From: an uncultured Dehalococcoidales bacterium
GTDB lineage: Bacteria; Chloroflexota; Dehalococcoidia; GIF9; UBA5629
Length of the DNA stretch: 64,000 nt
Assembly: GCA_964519615.1 (NCBI GenBank)
Contig: CAZFIM010000004.1
Location: 10,086 to 74,085 of the forward strand
Reading direction: 5' to 3'
The notes beneath the pieces are model-generated. The model saw only the letters and a list, made by a program, of their open reading frames with translations, searched no databases and was not told the origin of the DNA. The stretch's first letter is position 1, and every line of letters starts with the position of its first letter. Position numbers and translations under genes: made by a program. Below are positions 58,673 through 64,000 of the stretch, piece by piece.

Positions 58673-60449
58673 GATCGCCTCCTTTCAAAGGGAGAGTAAA
58701 ACTAAAGGTACTGCCTTTACCCCATTCGCTCTCCACCCAGATTTTACCGCCCATCATATCCAGTATTTTTCTGCATATGGAAAGACCGAGGCCGGTGCCC
58801 TCGTACTGCCGCACCATGCCCGCATCGATCTGGCGGAAAGGCTGAAAAAGCTGCTCCATATCCTGGCGCTTGATACCGATGCCGGTATCGACAATGCGGG
58901 TAAGCATTTGGCCTCCATCGATAAAGCAATCGATACGAACGCTGCCTTTCTCAGTGAACTTTATGGCATTGTTGACAAGATTGAAGACAACCTGCTCCAC
59001 GCGCCTTTGATCGCTTATTACCGGTGTTATCTCCGGTGAAATTTCAGCTTCCAGTGAAATGCCTTTTTTCTCGGCAAGCGGCTTCATATTCCTGGCAACC
59101 TTCTCGATAGCCTCTTTTATATCGCAGGGCTCTTGAGCGATAGTCAATTGTCCGGCCTCTATTTTGGAGATATCCAGAACATCGTTGATGAGATTGAGCA
59201 GATGTGTGGAGCTGTCGCGTACTATGCCGAGCTGTTTCTTCTGTTCCGCATTGAGCGGCCCCACCATCTCCTGCTGCAGAATTCCCGTGAAGCCGATAAT
59301 GGAATTGAGCGGCGTGCGCAATTCGTGAGACATTGTAGCCAGAAAGGCAGATTTAAGACGGTCGGCGGATTCCGCCAGTTCCTTTGCTTCCGCCAGCTCA
59401 GCGGTACGCTGCTTGACGATATCCTCAAGGTGATAGCGGTATCTGGTAAGCTCCACCTCTGCACGGTTGCGGGTTGCTATCTCCGCCTCCAGAGCCCGCG
59501 TTCTTGACCTGACCTGGGACCTCAGTATGAAACTGCCTCCTGCAAGAATAATGACCAGTGCCCCGATGCCCGCAAGCATCCAGATAAGCCATATGGGAAT
59601 AAGAAACTTCTGATGCTGTTTTACTCCCAGCCACGTTTCCTGCGCCTTATAATAAACTGAATCATCCTCCGCCTTCAATCCGGTTATATGATAATCTATC
59701 CTTTCTATAAGATGAGGTGCCATCTCCGCATCTTTGGGGAAAGCAAAATAGAGAGAGGCGGGCTGAAAAAGTATCGCAGTCTCTGCGACGTTGTACGCTG
59801 TTTGGTTTTGATTGCCGAAGTCCTTACTGGTAACGCCCGCATCCACCTCCCCGTTTGCCACCAGCTCGAACACTCTGTCATAACTCTCGACTTCCTTGAA
59901 TGTGCAGTTGACATCGAAAAGTCTGGCCAGCGCCTTTATACCGTCCGGCCCTTCGACATTGACACTGCCCTTGAGCACCGCTATGTGTTTACCCTCAAGA
60001 TCTATAATACTCTGTATGCCGGATCCTTTTTGAGTATATATTTTCGACCAGCTTGTCAGCACCGTCTCGTGAGAAAAGAGATACTCGATATTTCTCTCTT
60101 CTGAATACGCTACGTCAGGAAGAATGTCTATCCGGTTGTTTTGCAGCCACTCCTGGCATTCCTGCCACGATCCGTGTACATATTCAATCTGCCATCCTTC
60201 CTGCGCCGCGATATAGCTGATGATATCCGGCCAGAAGCCTGCCGCATGTCCGTTTTTATCCGTAAAAATCTTGGGAGGGTTATCATAAATCCCTACTTTC
60301 ACAATCCGTGAACCATCTTCGGCAAAGGTCATACTGCCGCTAAAAAAAAGAAACAGGGATACAAATAAGATTAGAAGGAGAGATAAACGCATAAAAGGCA
60401 AAGCGATGATCCTCGTTGGAGAGACATTAGCGTGATTTCTTTTCTTCAT
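58668..60449 (-). CDS. membrane sensor histidine kinase with periplasmic substrate-binding (family 3) domain
   Basis: TM, KVGIYDNPP..GFWPD, DLEGKHIAV, second TM, TMSHELRTPLN, DTGIG, LFQPF, GTGLGL. Confidence 0.92.
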   Translation of the reverse strand: MKKRNHANVSPTRIIALPFMRLSLLLILFVSLFLFFSGSMTFAEDGSRIVKVGIYDNPPKIFTDKNGHAAGFWPDIISYIAAQEGWQIEYVHGSWQECQEWLQNNRIDILPDVAYSEERNIEYLFSHETVLTSWSKIYTQKGSGIQSIIDLEGKHIAVLKGSVNVEGPDGIKALARLFDVNCTFKEVESYDRVFELVANGEVDAGVTSKDFGNQNQTAYNVAETAILFQPASLYFAFPKDAEMAPHLIERIDYHITGLKAEDDSVYYKAQETWLGVKQHQKFLIPIWLIWMLAGIGALVIILAGGSFILRSQVRSRTRALEAEIATRNRAEVELTRYRYHLEDIVKQRTAELAEAKELAESADRLKSAFLATMSHELRTPLNSIIGFTGILQQEMVGPLNAEQKKQLGIVRDSSTHLLNLINDVLDISKIEAGQLTIAQEPCDIKEAIEKVARNMKPLAEKKGISLEAEISPEITPVISDQRRVEQVVFNLVNNAIKFTEKGSVRIDCFIDGGQMLTRIVDTGIGIKRQDMEQLFQPFRQIDAGMVRQYEGTGLGLSICRKILDMMGGKIWVESEWGKGSTFSFTLPLKGGDH

Positions 60450-60552
60450 ACGCTGACAGCTTTTCGGGCCTATCTGCCCTCAATCTGTTTTACATCTGTT
60501 AAACTTCATTCTCATATTTTTTCAGGTCTTTGTCAATAAATACCGCATTTTT

Positions 60553-60567
60553 TGATAATAATTATCA
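60553..60567. promoter_or_regulatory. perfect 7-1-7 Fur box
   Basis: TGATAAT-A-ATTATCA, identical to the canonical Fur 7-1-7 consensus. Confidence 0.65.
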
Positions 60568-60888
60568 TATTCAGTGCAATGTTTATGGTTTTATCTCCGC
60601 TTTGCCGGAAAAACATTTTCATTGCACACCATCGGCAACCGTATTACCGTACAATTCGCACGGCAGGGTATAAAATATCCGTCAATGAAAAAATTGAGTT
60701 TGATTTACTAGAGCGACATGCAAAGTTTACCCGGAGTCTATCCGTTGCAGCAGCCGTATGAGGGCAGGAGGAGCGCAGTAAAACCCGTGATGACAGATAT
60801 ACTGGCCTTTTTCTGTGTATTGTCTGCACTCAAACGAACGCAAACCTCAAGATAGTCCGGCAAAAAGCCTGTATAGATGACAATATGC

Positions 60889-63516
60889 CTAAGAACCGCA
60901 GCAGTGCTTATACTTTTTGCCTGAGCCACAGGGGCAGGGGTCGTTGCGGCCTACTTTTTTGCCGGGCGGAGGGGGCGCTTTCTGGGGTTTGGGCGCGGCA
61001 GGCGCCTGCCTAGTGGTAATAGAGGCTTTAAAGATGGTATGCACCAGGTCATGGCGTATCATCGCCAGCAGGCTCTCGAACATGGCATGGCCTTCCCGTT
61101 TATAGACCAGAAGGGGATCTATCTGCCGTACAGCCTGCAAGCTTGAGCTCTGGCGCAGATGGTCCATGCCGGTGAGGTGCTCCTTCCACAGACTGTCAAT
61201 TGTGCGCAGCATTACCAGACGCTCCAGCAGGCGCATATTCTGCTCACCCGTCTCCTGCTCCCGCTGCTCGTAGAACTGCTGAGCATACCGGCATAGCTTC
61301 TCCTCCGCCTCCTCCCTGTTCATGGCGGAAAAAGCAGAGGCATTTAATTCCTGCGGAAGCGGCATAATATCCGCAATGTCCTTGAGCAGTCCCTGAACAT
61401 CCGGATCCATCATGCCTTCGTAGTAGCCAGCAACCAGCCCCCGGACTTCCTCCTTAACCATGGAGAGAATATTAGCCTTGAGGTCGGCACCGCTTAAAAT
61501 TTTATGGCGCTCGGCATAGATAACCTCACGGTGTTTATTGACGATATCATCGTATTCAACCAGGTGTTTGCGTATATCGAAATGGTAACCTTCAACTTTT
61601 ACCTGTGCATTTTCAATAGCTTTGCTTATCATGGAATGCTCGATCGGCGTATGCTCGTCCATCCCCACCCATTCCATAAATCCTTTCACCCGCTCCCCAC
61701 CGAAACGCCGTACCACATCGTCCTCAAGGGAAACATAGAAACGCGTATTGCCCGGGTCGCCCTGACGGCCGGAACGCCCCCTGAGCTGGTTATCGATGCG
61801 GCGCGATTCATGCCGCTCGGTGCCGACAACATGCAGTCCTCCCATTTCAAGTACCTTATTGTGTTCCTCATGCCAGGCATCGATAGCCTTCTGCCATGTG
61901 CGTTCATCACCATCGAAGCTTTCACGGTCGGGCGGTCTGCCGCCAAGGATAATATCAACGCCGCGGCCAGCCATATTGGTCGCCACCGTTACTGCCCCTA
62001 CCCTACCCGCCTGGGCGATGATATCAGCCTCCCGCATGTTATTCTTGGCGTTAAGTACCTCGTGTTTGATGCCCCTGCGGGTCATCATTCCGCTTAGAAG
62101 CTCCGATTTCTCTATGGAAACTGTACCGATCAATACCGGCTTGCCCTCGCGGTTGAGGCGTTCTATCTCATTGGTAACGGCCTTGAACTTCACCTCTTCG
62201 GTGCTGTATATCTGGTCCGGCAGGTCCTGACGTATCGCAGGTTTATTGGTGGGGATGACCACCACTTCCAGTTTATAAATTTTATGAAATTCTTCTGCCT
62301 CGGTGACGGCAGTACCAGTCATGCCTGCCAGTTTCTCATACATGCGGAAGAGGTTCTGGAAGGTAATGGTAGCAAGGGTAACGCTCTCTCGCTGGACTTT
62401 GACCCTTTCCTTGGCCTCGATAGCCTGATGCAGTCCCTCGGAATAGCGTCTGCCGAACATCAGGCGGCCGGTGAACTCATCCACCAGCACCACCTGACCG
62501 TCCTTGACCACATAATCCCGGTCCCGTCTGAATAAAACCTTGGCCTTGAGCGCGTTATCCAGGTAACGTATAAGCCCGTAGTTGGAGGGGTCGTAGAGAT
62601 TGGGCGATTTCAGCACTCCCTCGCCTCGCAGTATCTGCTCCATGTGGGTCATGCCGTTATCCGTTAAGCTGACCGTGCGAGTCTTCTCATCCAGATCATA
62701 GTCCTCATTCAGAGCAAGCGGCACAACCGCACGGGCAAAAATGGCGTATTTTTCAGTAGCCTCCTCATCGGAGCCGCTAATGATAAGCGGAGTACGTGCC
62801 TCATCGATAAGGATATTATCTACCTCATCGACGATGGCGTAGTTGAGCGAACGCTGTACACACTGGGAAAGGTCAACGACCATATTATCTCTCAGATAAT
62901 CAAAACCGAACTCATTATTGGTGCCGTAGGTAATATCCGCTGCATATGCCTGACGCCGGTTTACCGGACGGTACATGGGCCAACGTTTATCCTCGGATTC
63001 ATAATCAGGGTCGTAAAGCAGTGCCGGCAGAAAATCAGTAGAGGTCTGCTGCGGATAGATGCTGGCAACGCTCACTCCGAGGGCGTGATAGATAGGTGCC
63101 ATCCAGTAGGCATCGCGCCGCGCCAGGTAGTCATTAACCGTTACGAGGTGACAGCCCTTTCCGGCCAGAGAATTCAAATAGAGCGGCAGCGTGGCGACGA
63201 GCGTTTTACCTTCACCAGTCCTCATCTCTGCTATCTTGCCCTGATGGAGAACCATACCTCCCATCAACTGGACGTCATAATGCCGCTGGCCTATGGTACG
63301 CTTGGCAGCCTCCCGAACCGCAGCAAACGCCTCCGGGAGCAGGTTGTCCAGGGTTTCTCCGCTGGTCAGACGGGCTTTGAACTCGCCCGTTTTGGCGCGC
63401 AGATCATCTTCGCTGAGCTTCTCATAAACGGGCTCAAGCCCGTTTATCTTTTCTACCACAGAGCGGAGACGGTTCAGCTCTTTTTCGTTGGAATCACGAG
63501 AAAGCCATTTAAACAT
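60889..63516 (-). CDS. secA: preprotein translocase ATPase SecA
   Basis: EMRTGEGKT, DYLRDNM, DEVDNILIDEARTPLIISG, ATNMAGRG, QLRGRSGRQGDPG, GRNDPCPCGSGKKYKHCCG. Confidence 0.98.
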   Translation of the reverse strand: MFKWLSRDSNEKELNRLRSVVEKINGLEPVYEKLSEDDLRAKTGEFKARLTSGETLDNLLPEAFAAVREAAKRTIGQRHYDVQLMGGMVLHQGKIAEMRTGEGKTLVATLPLYLNSLAGKGCHLVTVNDYLARRDAYWMAPIYHALGVSVASIYPQQTSTDFLPALLYDPDYESEDKRWPMYRPVNRRQAYAADITYGTNNEFGFDYLRDNMVVDLSQCVQRSLNYAIVDEVDNILIDEARTPLIISGSDEEATEKYAIFARAVVPLALNEDYDLDEKTRTVSLTDNGMTHMEQILRGEGVLKSPNLYDPSNYGLIRYLDNALKAKVLFRRDRDYVVKDGQVVLVDEFTGRLMFGRRYSEGLHQAIEAKERVKVQRESVTLATITFQNLFRMYEKLAGMTGTAVTEAEEFHKIYKLEVVVIPTNKPAIRQDLPDQIYSTEEVKFKAVTNEIERLNREGKPVLIGTVSIEKSELLSGMMTRRGIKHEVLNAKNNMREADIIAQAGRVGAVTVATNMAGRGVDIILGGRPPDRESFDGDERTWQKAIDAWHEEHNKVLEMGGLHVVGTERHESRRIDNQLRGRSGRQGDPGNTRFYVSLEDDVVRRFGGERVKGFMEWVGMDEHTPIEHSMISKAIENAQVKVEGYHFDIRKHLVEYDDIVNKHREVIYAERHKILSGADLKANILSMVKEEVRGLVAGYYEGMMDPDVQGLLKDIADIMPLPQELNASAFSAMNREEAEEKLCRYAQQFYEQREQETGEQNMRLLERLVMLRTIDSLWKEHLTGMDHLRQSSSLQAVRQIDPLLVYKREGHAMFESLLAMIRHDLVHTIFKASITTRQAPAAPKPQKAPPPPGKKVGRNDPCPCGSGKKYKHCCGS

Positions 63517-63523
63517 TTTAAAA

Positions 63524-64000
63524 TTATTCGAACAGAGCGCCGACGGAAAGGCCGGTATGGATGCGGTGTATAGCTTCTCCCAGCAGAGGCGCCGTGGGCA
63601 GGACCTTAACCTTATCCAGCTTTTTACTGCCGGTCACAGGTATGGTATTGGCAACCACCACTTCCTTGATGGGTGCTGCCGCGATCCTTTCAATAGCGGG
63701 GCCCGAGAAAACGGGATGAGAGCAGCAGGAGTAGACTTCCAGCGCTCCTCTATCCAGCAGGGTTTTAGCGGCCTGAACCAGTGATCCAGCCGTATCAATC
63801 TCGTCATCGACAAGGAGTGCCCGCATGCCTGCCACTTCACCGATTACGTTCATAGTCTCCGTCATATCATTATTGCCTATGCGGCGTTTCTCGATAATGG
63901 CAAGGGGCGCATTAAGCTTGGTTGCCAGGTCTCTGGCCCGTTTGGAAATACCTATATCCGTCGCCACTACTGTCAGCTTGTCAAGAGCCTTTTCCTTCCA
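63524..64000 (-). CDS. prs: ribose-phosphate pyrophosphokinase, C-terminal part
   Basis: KRARDLA, IEKRR, LVDDEIDTAGS, CCSHPVFSG.A, NTIP; 5' end lies outside the window. Confidence 0.93.
   Translation of the reverse strand, partial: WKEKALDKLTVVATDIGISKRARDLATKLNAPLAIIEKRRIGNNDMTETMNVIGEVAGMRALLVDDEIDTAGSLVQAAKTLLDRGALEVYSCCSHPVFSGPAIERIAAAPIKEVVVANTIPVTGSKKLDKVKVLPTAPLLGEAIHRIHTGLSVGALFE

Overview
Bacterial chromosome segment, most consistent with an anaerobic Dehalococcoidia (Chloroflexota); this is inferred from gene content and style, not from a search. Housekeeping blocks are: partial pheA; an APC permease-USP-2xTrkA operon; tRNA-His and tRNA-Arg; corA-yhhQ-Mut7C-nnr-coaX-coaBC-valS; polX; secA; partial prs. 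These alternate with accessory blocks. (1) ~3.9-24.4 kb, right after tRNA-Arg: a catabolic region with a xanthine-dehydrogenase-family Mo enzyme whose catalytic Glu appears replaced by Gln, a Liv-type ABC importer, an orphan pyrogallol-transhydroxylase-like Mo-bisPGD subunit, a 4-hydroxybutyryl-CoA dehydratase homolog, an SDR, three keto/hydroxy-acid reductases and a tandem Lrp regulator. (2) 26.5-27.6 kb: a stand-alone, Tat-less, single-domain catabolic-type reductive dehalogenase homolog. (3) 44-50 kb: aldehyde:ferredoxin oxidoreductase with a TRAP transporter. (4) 52-54.7 kb: PerR-like regulator, desulforedoxin and KatG. (5) 56-60.5 kb: a three-gene phosphorelay whose middle gene seems to need an ATT start and which sits below a perfect Fur box. 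Small-scale signals include a G7-tract frameshift, a triple 21-bp operator array, a strand-specific 18-bp RNA stem and a truncated lipoprotein remnant. No CRISPR array, rRNA, integrase or transposase was seen. All family calls come from motif recognition by eye, and reference residue numbers are recalled, so both need alignment to confirm.
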